From Neodothiora populina (taxonomy: Eukaryota), in assembly GCF_041146345.1 (NCBI RefSeq), contig NW_027191410.1:248001-312000 (forward strand): DNA of 64,000 nt, in the 5' to 3' direction. The notes under the pieces were generated by a model. It saw only the letters and a list, made by a program, of their open reading frames with translations, was not told the DNA's origin and ran no database searches. Position 1 is the first letter of the stretch. Each line of letters opens with the position of its first letter. A program made the position numbers and the translations under genes. This document shows positions 13,275 to 25,844 of this stretch, piece after piece.

Positions 13275-13822
13275 TCATGTCCTGTGTTTTTTGGACCTTC
13301 CTAATATTCAATAACCGAGCATTTATCCAATTCGTTAAACTAAGATAAGTTGTTTAGCCATACAGACGATTAGGAAAGTTTCATGTACTCCAGCGGCGAC
13401 CCCAGATGCCAAGCGTGATCTGGCAGCTTAGCGTCCGATGCTCGTAGTGTTGATATATGACTGCCAATTATGAGTCTCATTTCAGTGTTACGTCTGCATT
13501 GTTCCAATCGCCTCACTCTCATGATATAAACGCCTGGATATGGGCGGACAAAAGCTGCTGTAGTATGCCGTCCTTGTAACTACCGCACCTTGAATGGTAG
13601 CAGACCTTTGTCCTTAGTGTTGGTTTATGCTTGTATAGCATAACCCGTCATAGTGCTCATGCTTTATTCAGAGACACATGTACACGTGAGGTTCGGGTCA
13701 GAGGTTCGGATCACTCGAGTCCGAGGCTCATTCAGGCCTGTCCACTCCGCTCAAACTTCCACTAAGGTATGTACAGACCATGACCCATACCGATATCTAA
13801 ATTGAAATGCTGCCTACCCTGC

Positions 13823-14745
13823 TTATTTCTTCTCCTCGGTGACCTCCTCTTTCACTTTTGCATCTTTCCTGGGTGGTCGCTCTCCAAAAATGCCTGTACC
13901 GACTCTGACCTCGTCACTTCCAAGTCTGATCGCGCCCTCAAAGTCAGAGCTCATGCCCATGCTCAGCTGCAAGTCCTCTTTGGCAATGCCTAGTTCCTGG
14001 GCTACTCGGTCTCTTGTCTCTTGGAGACATGCGAAGTCCTCGTTTTCCGTCTCTGGAGTGGTGGCTTCGCTTCGCGCAATGGCTCCAATGGTCATCAGCC
14101 CGCCCAATGTTAGATGAGGACATTTTTCTCTAATGTGATTGCATAATGCAGTCGCATCACCTGGCTCAACACCGCTCTTTTCTGCCTCGCCTGAAGTGTT
14201 GATCTGCACAAGCACTCTCAACTTTTCTTTCAATTCTTCTTTTGCAGCCAACGTGGCTCGACCCTTCTCCAAGGCGTCTGCCTTTTTCGTGCTATCTACG
14301 CTGCTCACACTGAACAGGTTGGGTATAGACTCGGCAAGTGGGCGGCACTTGTTGGTTTGTAACGCGCCTATGAAATGCCAACGGATTGATCGCGGGAGCA
14401 GCTCGGCCTTTTCATGTAGTTCCTGCGAGTAGTTCTCGCCAAAGTCATAGTACGGCTTTTCCGCAGTGTGTAGAGCAAGTATGTCGGTTGCAGGTTTAAG
14501 TTTTGAGACGGCTATGAGTCGGATCTAGCGTCTGGCACTCAGCCGAATGTTCGAAAAGCGCTTGAGTGATGGACGGAGATATGTATGGTTGCAAGGGAAA
14601 TGAATAGATTGGAATATTTCGGGCTTACATTTCGACCTGCAGTATTGGCAGAGTTGATCTGCTGTACCACACGGCCAGCATTCTCAATGAGCTGCTTCGC
14701 ACGCTGGGGGTTGACTTTCATGTCTTGTGATTCTTCTGCGGACAT
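13823..14745 (-). CDS. Pyridoxal phosphate homeostasis protein (YggS/PLPBP/PROSC family); 2 exons
   Basis: After the intron: IRLIAVSKLKP, FGENYSQEL, WHFIGALQTNK, VQINTSGE..KSG, GLMTIG, LSMGMSSDF, VRVGTGIFG. Confidence 0.93.
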
Positions 14746-15127
14746 CACTATCAGTTTTCCAGGCTAATGACTAGCCAAGATGATGTGGGATTATATAGTT
14801 GGAGCACCAGTATGGGCATGGACCAATAGAAGAGTCAGGCAATTGAGGTAGACCCTCGAGTTCCGTCGGAATCCATTCGATGACGATGACGTCCGTAGGG
14901 CATTTTATTGCAGTCGCTGCACCCCTCATCTGCCCTGTAGGAACGCCAAGGAAAACAAGAGCCGGAATAGAGGACAACAGGTTACCTTACCTTAAGGTAG
15001 GTTAACCTGTACGCCGCGATTCAATCACCTCATCTGTCCAGTTGGTCTTCCTTGACGCTTTTGTTTTCGATCGTCTCTTCACTTCCTTTGCCGAATTTTT
15101 CCACTACACAGGATCTCATATCATAAC

Positions 15128-15998
15128 ATGTCCGACTACATTGATTTCAGTCAGCCAATGCTGTGGTGTAAGTCACCATGAGCATCGAGTGGTGGGGCAA
15201 GTCTGACAATATTAGTATCGGCGGCCAGCATATTGTTCAACCCTACCTTCTGGAAGTACGTTTGACAGGCAAGTCCTACTTGCAGCATATCTGGCTAACT
15301 TGTCACAGCACTGCAGCTCGCTCAGGTAGGTTCTCACGAAGTTGGGACTATTATCTCTCTGCTCGAGAGCGTCGAGATTTGACTAGCCAGCTCTTGACAT
15401 TCGCGTGACACAGAATACCATAATAAAACAATCTCCAGATTGTTCAACGGCAATTCACTATATGGATGCTACGCCCTTGCTGTGACTATCTTCTCCCTTG
15501 GAATCCTGCGCGATGCCATGTATGCAACAGCTCGAAGCCCCAATGCGACAACTTCCTAACGCAACATAACTGACACCGAGCCACCCACGACGTAGTTACG
15601 AACGTGCTCTGCGAACCCAACCCGGCCATCCCTTGCTCGAAACTCCACTGTCCAACGCTATTGCCGTCGCTCTCCTGGCCAGCGGAAATATCATTGTACT
15701 CTCGTCCATGTGGGCCCTGGGCATCACCGGTACCTATCTTGGAGATTACTTCGGAATTCTCATGGATGAAATGGTCACCGGCTTTCCCTTCAGCGTGACC
15801 GATGCTCCAATGTATTACGGCAGTACCATGAGCTTTCTCGGCACCGCAATGTGGCTGGGCAAGCCTGCTGGCGTTGCACTAAGTCTCCTTGTCTTCGTCG
15901 TGTACAAAGTCGCTCTGCGGTTCGAAGACCCGTTCACTGGTGGTATCTATGCCAAGAGAGACCAGGAAAGGAAAAAGCAAGCCAGCAAGGCCCAGTAG
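15128..15998 (+). CDS. OPI3: Phosphatidyl-N-methylethanolamine N-methyltransferase; 5 exons
   Basis: FNPTFWN|TAARSE|YHNK, VLSSMWALGITGTYLGDYFGILM..VTGFPF, PMYYGSTMSFLG, FEDPFT. Confidence 0.93.
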
Positions 15999-16352
15999 TG
16001 GTGGTTGCCGTGTTTGGAAGGACCAATCTCATCCAATAGGAGTCGACGATAGGAGTGCATCATGCCAAGCGGGAGGACTGGTGATGCTAGTTGCGTTCAA
16101 CACAGTACTGATCTCGAGTTAAAACGTCTGAGATGGTAGGGTAGAAGAAGAGGCATTCATTCCACATGAAAAGATACGAGTTCTCCAATGGCGCTTGGAG
16201 AACATGAAAAGTTGATGACGAGTTGGGCGCGGTGCTGTTTCTTCCGCCGGTGATGCCGGAGCGTCACCATACCAGGGACTCAGTCAAGAATGGCAGGATC
16301 GTGGTATTGAAATCATGAAGTATACATCAATTGAAATGTCGGTCTGACGATG

Positions 16353-16780
16353 TCATTTAATGCAAGTTCCGATAGTCAGGTTCAACATATCAAGAGCATG
16401 ATCGAAATCATCATAAGCATGCAAGTAGAGCTTGGGATCGGGCACTTTGCTAGGACTACTTCTGTTAGTTCAATGTTCACTGCAAATTTGATAGTGCAGA
16501 CGGTTGGCGCATACTGAGGTCTGCGAGTTCTGGTCGCCCATACATGAAGGATATTCTTCACCAACTTATGCTCGAGCCCTCTGGCTCTTGCCGCACCATC
16601 AAGGAATTCGAGCGTTGTCTTGATGCGAGCCATATCGAAAGAGCGTGCATCGTTGTTGCGGTATGCTTGACGGAGCCTGTCCCTTACAGTATACCGCGCC
16701 GGCTTGGAATATTGTACAGCGCGCAAGCAATGCCGATACAGATGCCGGTAAGACCATATTATCTCCTCTTGGACCGGCAT
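16353..16780 (-). CDS. Small basic helical protein, DUF1763/LYR-like, probably mitochondrial; 2 exons
   Basis: YRHLYRHCLRAVQYSKPARY.VRDRLR.AY, T.EFL..AA...GLEHKLVKN; last exon ...AYDDFDHALDMLNLTIGTCIK*. Confidence 0.7.
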
Positions 16781-17190
16781 CAGATATACACGTTCTAGGA
16801 TATGGCTTTCGTGCAGAGAGCTGTCCAGATTGTTCTGTCAAGTCATTCCCAGTTCTGATAGATAAGGTACCTTATTCAGGTATGTTCGGCAAGTGCAAGT
16901 GTATTGCCAAGGGGGCGTTTGGGCGGAGCTGCTTTGCGGAGGCAAGACACAGCAGCTGGCGGGGAGGTGAAGGCGGAGCGGATCACCGAGCAGCGGAACG
17001 GGAAGGCTGCCCCTCATGAAGCCGCCGCAGACAGTTAGGGGAAGGACGAGCCTCAAGCAGCTGACCGAGTCTCCTCTATCTATAAGATACATTCTTTACG
17101 AGCCGCCGAATACCGAAGCGTCTTGTTCTTGCTACTTCGATAGAAGTTCTATCCTTGTTTACGCATCCCTGCCGGCAACGAAGCGGCATA

Positions 17191-18097
17191 ATGTCTACTG
17201 CCATTATCCCTCGATTCCTCCTCCCTCGCCTCTCCTGGACGGCAGGATCATCAGAGTTGCGCCCTATATCTGCGATTGCATACAGAGCTCTTCACGAACA
17301 GTCACTGTCGTCGCGACGGAAGTCGTATACCACTAGCAACAACAAACTCCAGCAGAGCCTATCACGACCGTCGATATCGCAAGCAGTAGCAAATGCCGCC
17401 ACTGCTTCTAATGGCCTACAAAATCGCAAGACATTCACATCCACGGCAAGGCAAGGGCGTGATCACCACTTCGACACGCTCAAATTTGTGCAACGACTTC
17501 AAGATGAGGGCTTCACAGAGGAGCAGGCAGTCGCCATGATGAAAGTCTTGTCAGATGTTGTGGAAGAGAGGTAAGATACTCATACTTGCTGCCCATGTCG
17601 GATACAGGCTCAGCCATGCACAATATGTTCCGAAGTAGAGGACCTTCTAACGCCATGTCACGAACAGTATCCAAAATCTCACACGTACAATGGTTCTGCG
17701 CGAAGACCAGGAGAAGGCGACATATACGCAAAAGGTCGACTTTGCCAAACTACGCTCGGAGTTGCTGTCGGCTGACTCCACGGAATCATCTCTCACCCGA
17801 TCTTCGCACGAGAGACTCACAAATGATCTTGCCAAGCTGAATTCGAGACTGAGGGACGAGATACAACGCACGCAGGCCTCGGTCAGGCTGGATCTAAATC
17901 TGGAAAAGGGGAGGATCAGGGAGGAGGCCAATTCACAAGATCTGAAGATCAAGGAGACAGAGACCAGAATCGAGCAGGAGACAGCCGCATTGAAGGAGCG
18001 CTTGGAACAGGTCAAGTTCTCGACTCTGCAGTGGCTGATGGGTGTCACTACCGGTACAGCCGCCATCATTCTCGGTGTGTGGCGCTTGCTTATGTAG
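17191..18097 (+). CDS. DUF1640 coiled-coil mitochondrial protein (CCDC90/MCUR1, yeast Fmp32/Put6-like); 2 exons
   Basis: HHFDTLKFVQRLQDEGF, YTQKVDFAKLRSEL, VRLDLNLEKGRIREE, C-terminal TM LQWLMGVTTGTAAIILGVWRLLM; long presequence. Confidence 0.88.
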
Positions 18098-18701
18098 AGT
18101 GGTGCTGGGGATGGACGGGAACGGGGTGGTAGTTCTTGTGCCTTCTTGCTTTCGTTTCGGTCTTATACCAAACTATGATCTGGACGAAGGGCAGAGCCAG
18201 TAACAACATTGGTGACGCCTATACAAGAACCGAGAAGCAAACAAGAGGCGATGTTTATGTGTTTCCGTCTACCTTTGCTATATTTGAAGTGATAAGCGCC
18301 GCAATATTGCATTGGCCCGAACCAACATCAGGGCAGATGGGAAAGGAATGCAAGTCAATCAACGTCGTCTGTCACGTGTACAGTATGGTGCTCACAAGGC
18401 ACAGTACCTTAGATTGACGGACAACAAGCATGGATACCTCAGGTGGAGTAGAAGTCGGGTCGGGGGACGGGTATTGTTACCTCAGCTCGCGGCAAGAGAC
18501 CTCCGAGCTCTCCCGATAGCGCACCGACAATGTGCGGGATGGAAGGTAGAGTCTGGGGGACGGCAAGTCCAGTATTCATTTTATTTACCTTCTTTACAGT
18601 ACCTCTGGAGTGAGCTCTCAATTGACAGTCTGGTTCCCATTTATTGATTTCTGGAGTCGTCGGCGTAACACAAAGTCGCTATCAGCAGAAATTTAATCAA
18701 T

Positions 18702-20368
18702 ATGTTCAGATCACATGCCACCAAGGGAGCTGCCCGCTTATCACAAGCAACAGCAGCACTCTCGACTTGCGCGAGCCCCGCATCTTCTCGCCGTGGCTTC
18801 CAGGTCGCTATTACCGCCAGAGCCTCTTTTGTCTCTTCTTTCTCTTCTTCTGCCAGACGCTGCCTCGCTGTCCCTGCCTTCAGATCATTCAGCAGCTCCT
18901 CCTCCAACATGGCTTCCACCCGTGCTGAAAGCGATGCCTTTGGCGAGATCCAGGTCCCCTCGGACAAGTACTGGGGCGCCCAGACCGAGAGATCACTAGA
19001 GAACTTCAAGATCAACCAGCCTTATGACCGCATGCCTCCTCAGATCGTGCGTGCCTTTGGTATTCTCAAGGGTGCTGCTGCCACTGTCAACATGAAGTTC
19101 GGCCTCGGTAGGTTGCCTGTCTAAGATCGAGAGAAAACACACAGCTGAGAGTCAGGAATCAAGATCCCACAGTTGGAAAGGCTATCCAGGAAGCCGCTGC
19201 TGAGGTTGCTTCCTTGAAGCTACTCGACCACTTCCCTCTTGTTGTTTGGCAGACCGGCTCCGGCACTCAGTCCAACATGAATGCCAACGAGGTCATCTCA
19301 AACCGCGCCATTGAGATCCTTGGAGGCACCATGGGTTCCAAGAAGCCCGTCCACCCCAACGACCACGTCAACATGTCTGCCTCCTCCAACGACACCTTCC
19401 CTACCGCCATGCACATTGCCGCCGTCCTCGAGCTCGAGGAGGAGCTCATCCCTGCTCTCCGCAGCCTCCGGGATGCCCTTGACAAGAAGGCCAAGAGCTT
19501 CGACAGTATCATCAAGATCGGTCGTACCCATCTTCAGGATGCCACTCCCCTTACTCTCGGACAGGAGTTCTCTGGCTACGTCACCCAGCTCGACTACGGT
19601 ATCCTCCGTATCGAGTCCTGCCTCCCTCGTCTCAGGTATCTCGCTCAGGGTGGTACTGCCGTCGGCACCGGCCTCAACACCTTCAAGGGCTTTGCTGAGG
19701 ACATTGCCACCGAGGTCAGCAAGATGACCGGTCACGAATTTGTTACTGCCCCCAACAAGTTTGAGGCTCTCGCCGCTCACGACGCTATTGTCGAGGCGCA
19801 CGGACAGCTCAACACCGTTGCCACCTCTCTCTTCAAGATCGCACAGGACATCCGTTTCCTCGGCTCCGGTCCCCGCTGCGGTCTTGGTGAGCTCAACCTT
19901 CCTGAGAACGAGCCCGGCTCGTCTATCATGCCCGGAAAGGTCAACCCCACTCAATGCGAGTCCATGACTATGCTCTGCGCTCAGGTCTTTGGTAACCAGG
20001 CTACCGTCACTTTCGCCGGTTCGCAGGGTAACTTTGAGCTCAACGTCTTCAAGCCCGTCATGATCAGAAACCTTCTTCACAGCTCTAGACTCTTGAGCGA
20101 CGGCATGAGGAGTTTCGAGAAGAACCTCGTCGAGGGTCTCGAGGCCAACGAGAAGAGAATCGGAGAGCTTTTGCACGAGTCCCTGATGTTGGTCACCTGC
20201 CTGAACCCCGTCATTGGTTACGACATGGCCTCCAAGGTCGCCAAGAACGCCCACAAGAAGGGTCTCACTCTCAAGCAATCCGCCATGGAGCTCAAGGCTC
20301 TTAGCGAGGAGGACTTTGACAAGAACGTCCGCCCCGAGCTGATGCTTGCTCCCAAGGAGAAGAAATAG
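18702..20368 (+). CDS. FUM1: Class II fumarate hydratase with mitochondrial presequence; 2 exons
   Basis: [63 protein letters not shown]; intron 19108-19163; strong codon bias. Confidence 0.98.
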
Positions 20369-20903
20369 ACTCGTTTAGTTGCTGTACAGACTCGCCATAT
20401 ATAATGCGGAAATGTGAAGAAAAGCCAAATCCGATAGACAAAGTTTCGTCCCCGATGCACGGTCGTTCTCGTTTGTTGTTTCTCAATTCACGACTAATGT
20501 TATGTAAAAGCTGAGGTATCATGTACAGTAAAATAGGCAGTATTAACCTGAACTACCGTACCTCATTTATAAGCTAGAACTCTCGATCACTTTACTCCTT
20601 CAGCAAGTTTGTATTGTGTGTGTGGACAGACATTCAGTGCGGATATGATAGAGTATCTAGGAATTATCATGTCCTAGCTAAGATATAATGTTAATTGCTT
20701 CGATACAAGTCAAGTTCAACATCCGATGCCAAGACCGTGGTTGTGGTGTATCCGATGGCGTATACGGTACTGCTCCACAGAAAGTCATCAGGGTACGTTA
20801 CGCCCGGCCACTATACAGTACTCGAAGTCAATGTACCTGAGACTCGTCTATGCAACCCACTCTTGAGACGAATCAATTCTCACCTTACTGTCAAACAATA
20901 GCC

Positions 20904-21223
20904 ATGGCACAACAAGACAAGGAGAAATCAATAAATGGCGAAGAAGCCGATTTCGCAAAGGTAAGAACTAGCAGCCCACAACAAGTTGCATACCCACAAA
21001 CGACTCGAGCTCATCATTCCTCAATCAGGCTTTCCAGGAGCTCGCTAGAGGCGAACAAACAGCCACAGCGCTAGAGAACCATCTGACTGCTCTTGAAGCA
21101 AAGATCGAAGAATTGCTCGCGCAAGCCGATCAGGGCGGATCTAGTGCTCGGAATAACGACGCTCGACCGCCTACTGGTGGCGAGCATTCCCAGGATGCTC
21201 GATCGCTTAATGGTGCACAGTGA
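20904..21223 (+). CDS. Small coiled-coil protein of unknown function; 2 exons
   Basis: ATG in context gccATGG; gtaaga...cag intron gives MAQQDKEKSINGEEADFAK|AFQELARGEQTATALENHLTALEAKIEELLAQAD...; not complete in the ORF track. Confidence 0.7.
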
Positions 21224-21490
21224 AAGGATCGGGCTGCATCACTTGTTTACTAAGTGGATGCTCTGATTCCTTACACTACACGATCTAGCTACGCAGGGGT
21301 GTTTGTCGGTCATTGATCAAGACTCATCCCAGATGCCGATTCATGCCAGTCTTGCTAGGCCTCGAATTTGGATTGACCTACCCAAGGTGCAAATGGCACT
21401 TTGCCTGTTGTTGCAACATCGAAGATAGCGACCCTTACGACACGCACGGAACATCAACGGGGTATCAATTATAGTATGCTGTCTATACTC

Positions 21491-22724
21491 TTATAGCCCC
21501 TCGACGGTAGATGGCTTGACACCGAGCTTGCCAGCCTCGAAGATACTCTCGAAATGGAACACTCCATCTGATCCCTTCTCCACAACTCCCATCTCTGTGA
21601 CCACGCCATCAATCAACTCCGCTGGTGTTACATCGAATGCCGGGTTCCACACATCGATTCCGTTCGCTGCAATGCTGACAGTCTCGACTTGAGTCAGATC
21701 TAGAGTTGATCCATTGTAACGAGGCCCCTTGATCATCGTCATCTCCTTCCCTGCTCGCTCTTCGATGGTGATGTCGGCACCGCTCTTGGTCTCGAGATCA
21801 ATCGTCGTTCTCGGTGCTGCCACTAGAAACTTGACACCATGCTGCTTAGCAAGAATCGCCAATGAGTAGGTTCCGACCTTGTTGGCGGTATCTCCATTTG
21901 CCGCAACTCGATCAGCTCCGACCACGATCGCAGCAATGTTATCAACAGGGCCTCGAAGACGAAGAAGCGCTGCGGCCATGGAATCAGTGATCAGAGTTGC
22001 AGGAATCTTGTCGTGTACCAGTTCGAACGCTGTGAGACGAGATCCTTGGTTGTATGGTCTAGTCTCGGTACAGTATGCGCGCTTCAACGCTCCTTGACCA
22101 TGCACAGAGCGGATCACTCCAAGTGCAGTGCCGTAACCCGCTGTAGCCAATGATCTGATTTTATCAGTACTTGCCTTTTCACTATTCACGGCTGAGAACT
22201 TACCCAGTGTTGCAGTGGGTTAGGATGCTGACCTGACCACTTTGGGAGGCATGCTTGAGAATCCACTCGGCACCATGACGACCGATCGCCTCGTTATCCG
22301 AGACATCATCGACGAGCATCTGCTCCGCCGCTCGGAGGTACGCATCCTTGACCGAGCTTCCAGATGAACCTTCAGCAGCACTTGCGGTTTGGACAACTTT
22401 TTGCAACTTCCTTGAAGCGTCGGCCAGGTTTACGGCAGTGGGTCTGCTGGTCACTAGGTAATCTAGTTTCTCCTTGACAAAGACCTCGACTTCCTCTGCG
22501 ATGCTTGACAATTCATTCTTGGCGGCGATGTTTTCTATCTCGACTGCCAGTCCCAATGCAGCAACTATAGCGATGGCGGGAGCGCCACGGGTTCGCATGT
22601 CCTTGATAGCATGCCATGCATCTGTGCTGGTCTTCACTTCATCATACACTTCGGCATGCGGTAGCTTGAGCTGATCCAGAATCTGCAGCTCACCGCGTTT
22701 GTACTTGATAGCCTGGAGAACCAT
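21491..22724 (-). CDS. MRI1: Methylthioribose-1-phosphate isomerase; 2 exons
   Basis: [85 protein letters not shown]. Confidence 0.96.
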
Positions 22725-23892
22725 AGTGAATCTCCGGTATGGTCCCTATATATGACTGATGATTTCTTATAAGACGTTGTGCCTCGACTACAGTATATTC
22801 AACCACACAACACTCGCAGTAATCATTCGACCTTAGTACTATCGTCAAAACTTTTGCACTTTTCGGTGTTGGGCATGGCGCGAAGCCAAGCCAAGACTCC
22901 GCTTTTCTACGTCACGGCCTTCACATGCGATCAACCTAGAAGTAAGGTAAGGTACTTTTGTTAAACTGGAATGAATCTAGATATACAAGAATATCTTAAT
23001 ATACCATTGCAGGAAAGAAATGGATTTGATTGTCTTAGACGCTCCATAGAAGGACTGTACTATGAGAGGGCTGAAGTGGCCCGGACTATCACAATAAGTT
23101 CAGGCTCGGCATAGACAACCGTGATAGAGGCGAGGTCTATGGCGTTTTCCCTGCACTCATATCGCTACCCGCCATCATGTAACCGAGCGGTAAGAGATAG
23201 GGTATCTTGAATCGATCCAGTGCATACGCACCCGGTACTTGGACTTCACAGTAAGATATGTCTGTCTTTCGGTGAATCAATTAGCTTTAGGTTTAGTACT
23301 ATCGATGCTCTCGGATTCGAAGTATGCCTCGAATGTCTCCATGCCTAACTAAAATCGTCTCTGGCTGAAAGTAGCCGAACCTAAATGTTGTTCAGAACGC
23401 GACTTTTTGAGACGAGGATTCTGACTAGTTGACTTCAGTGTTAGGATCCGTAGTACGTTCTCTAATGCGCATAATCGATAAAAAAAAACCAGTGGAGTTT
23501 TTATAGATACCATACGACTCAGTATTAGAGAAGGTGTCGACGCGGTGAGCATTTACAACAAACAAGGGCAAACTGTAACGCGAGAATCCCCCAGATAAGC
23601 AATGATATGCTACCTTAATTAACGCCTATCCATTAAGGTATGACCTCACAGGGACCTTGTAATTTCTGTGGATGCAAGGATTCTGTTAAGTGAACTAGGG
23701 TGACTTCCACAAAAGATACGCACGCAGGTGACGCAGACCGCGCTCCTTCCTTCACTTCATCCATTGTTTGCTAGTCCTGTACCCCAATTCACTTCAGGCA
23801 TTGTCTTTTCTTTGGGTCGTTTCTCTTGCATCTTGCATTCAGCTCAGCTTTGCGACGTTCCTTCCTTGTACATCTCGTCAAGGCACCTCACA

Positions 23893-24689
23893 ATGGCAGG
23901 CGTCCTAAGATGGTATGTACAACTTTGACGGGCGTCATTAACATGTTGACTGACATTCAACAGGTACCAGACCAAGCTGGCAACACGCCCGCTCCTCACT
24001 CAGAGCATCACGACTGCTGTATGACCTTTTCCTTGTCCCTTTGACACAGTTCACACATGTCCAACCTGGATTTGACTCAACGAGCAGGTCCTGTTTGCGA
24101 CCGGCGATGCAATGGCCCAGACGGGCATTGAGAAGAGACGTCTTAACAACTACGACTTCGCGCGCAGTGGTAGAATGGCATTCTACGGAGGCGGTATGCT
24201 CTGGCCTTTTGACCAACAACTATCTCCCGTGCGCCTGCTGATGACGTCCAAAAGCAATCTTCGGCCCTCTCGCTACCAAATGGTTCGGCTTCCTGCAGAG
24301 TCGCGTGCGCATTCCATCTTCGCCCAACGGAGAGATTCTCGCGCGTGTAGGACTTGACCAGCTCGTCTTTGCTCCTTGCAACATGTTCGGCTTCCTTAGC
24401 TTCATGGCCGTCATGGAGGGCAGCGATCCCAAGAAGAAGCTCGACTCGACGTACAAGAACGCTCTCACCAAGAACTGGATGGTGTGGCCATTTGTCCAGC
24501 TCGCCAACTTCAAGTTCACCCCTCTTCAGCACAGAGTGCTTGTCGTGAACATTGTGTCGCTTGGTAACGTCTTTCGTTCCGGACAAGCATTGCTTTTGAC
24601 TAACGTGCACTCTAGGCTGGAACTGCTACCTGAGCTACCTGAACAGTCAGGGAGGCGGTGATAGAACCACCGATCTCCCTCCCTCGTAG
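23893..24689 (+). CDS. SYM1: Mpv17/PMP22 family membrane protein; 5 exons
   Basis: W|YQTKLATRPLLTQSITTA|VLFATGDAMAQ, RV.LDQLVFAP, NWMVWPFVQLANF..PLQHRVL.VN.VSLG|WNCYLS. Confidence 0.9.
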
Positions 24690-25542
24690 AGCTCTTCACC
24701 AAAGTAGACCGTTGGGCGATGTCCCTGAATTTCCTGGCTGGCCACTGATCACTGAAGAGGAGGAAGGAGCCCTTACTCGAACCGACCGGAACTATATTTC
24801 TGGCACCAATGTGTAACATACAAGAAGATATATACTCTGCCTTTTCTGAAATGTCTTTCAGGGCATTTACAGGAAAACAATGACGCTGCAAAAGCAATCA
24901 TATCCAACCAGATGTGATAAACCTCTGTGACCTTGGATGACCTCTTTCTCAAGGCAATGCAGCTTGACAACATCTTGGGAACTTCATTGAACAGACTCGG
25001 GACTTGACTCTGTCAATCGCACTTCAACAACGAGAGGCTTACCTATGGGAGGCCCAGTATCACTAGAGCAGACTATGTCCAGCCTTTGCTCCACACCAAT
25101 ACCATCCAGTCCAGTTGCGTCCAGTCTAGTCCAGGCCCATGCACATCCACCAATCCACTAATAGCCCCTGTACCCCAGTCATTTCTTTAACACTCGACAT
25201 GTCGCAGTGCGTAACACGCAGGCCTATTCTACTGTGCGTGCATGTAAGCTAGTTTTCACACAGATGTGTACTGGAGAAGGGGTGTTTGTGAAGAGGCAGA
25301 TGTGCGACAAGATAGGTAGGGACACGAAATGAACCGATCGACGTCAAGCAAGACTCGAGACGGAACAATGATGTGAAGCGCATACTGGAATTTGTGCAGA
25401 GAATCGACTATGTAATAAGCTCATCTACGTAATGAAAAGACAAGAACAAGCAGCAGAAGAAAGCAGATTAGACACTGGGTCTGACCGAAGAAGTGAAATT
25501 GGAAGGAAAGAAAGATGTAAGAAAGAAACACAGCAAGGTTCA

Positions 25543-25569
25543 ACTGACTGACTGACTGACTGACTGACT
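25543..25569. repeat. (ACTG)6-7 microsatellite downstream of the bZIP gene
   Basis: actgactgactgactgactgactgact seen directly. Confidence 0.9.
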
Positions 25570-25844
25570 CAAAAAAAATCCCCGATGTACTGAAATCCCA
25601 CCGTTCCAAGGTCTCCTTTTTTCTATCTTCCCCCTTTTTTTTAGCCTATTATACTCGGTCTCTCTGTCAAAAGCAGTCCCTTTTCACTTTCGAAACAAGC
25701 CCCTTGAAAAATAAACACAAGAATCACTCGGCAAATAAAACCCGGAACGCCAGAGCTAAGGACCAGGAAAAAGTGTGCCCCTCCCTCACAGCAATGTGAT
25801 CAACCCTTCGGACTCGTCAAATTCGTATCATACATACCACAGTA

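Noticed and set aside
13686..13730. GAGGTTCGG repeated twice, resembling a tRNA T-loop/B box
   Set aside because: No acceptor, D or anticodon stems can be formed.
14300..14630. YggS-family ORF appearing N-terminally truncated
   Set aside because: Exon 2 is open from the acceptor near 14525; the ORF track simply began at a later GTG.
19298..20278. 326-aa ORF antisense to FUM1
   Set aside because: Explained by strong codon bias of a highly expressed gene, which removes antisense stops.
23354..23418. Possible multibranch RNA fold (CGTCTC/GAGACG closing two short hairpins) in the MRI1-SYM1 intergenic region
   Set aside because: Stems are only 4-6 bp, and there is no hammerhead core, tRNA cloverleaf or snoRNA boxes. 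Not supportable without covariation analysis.
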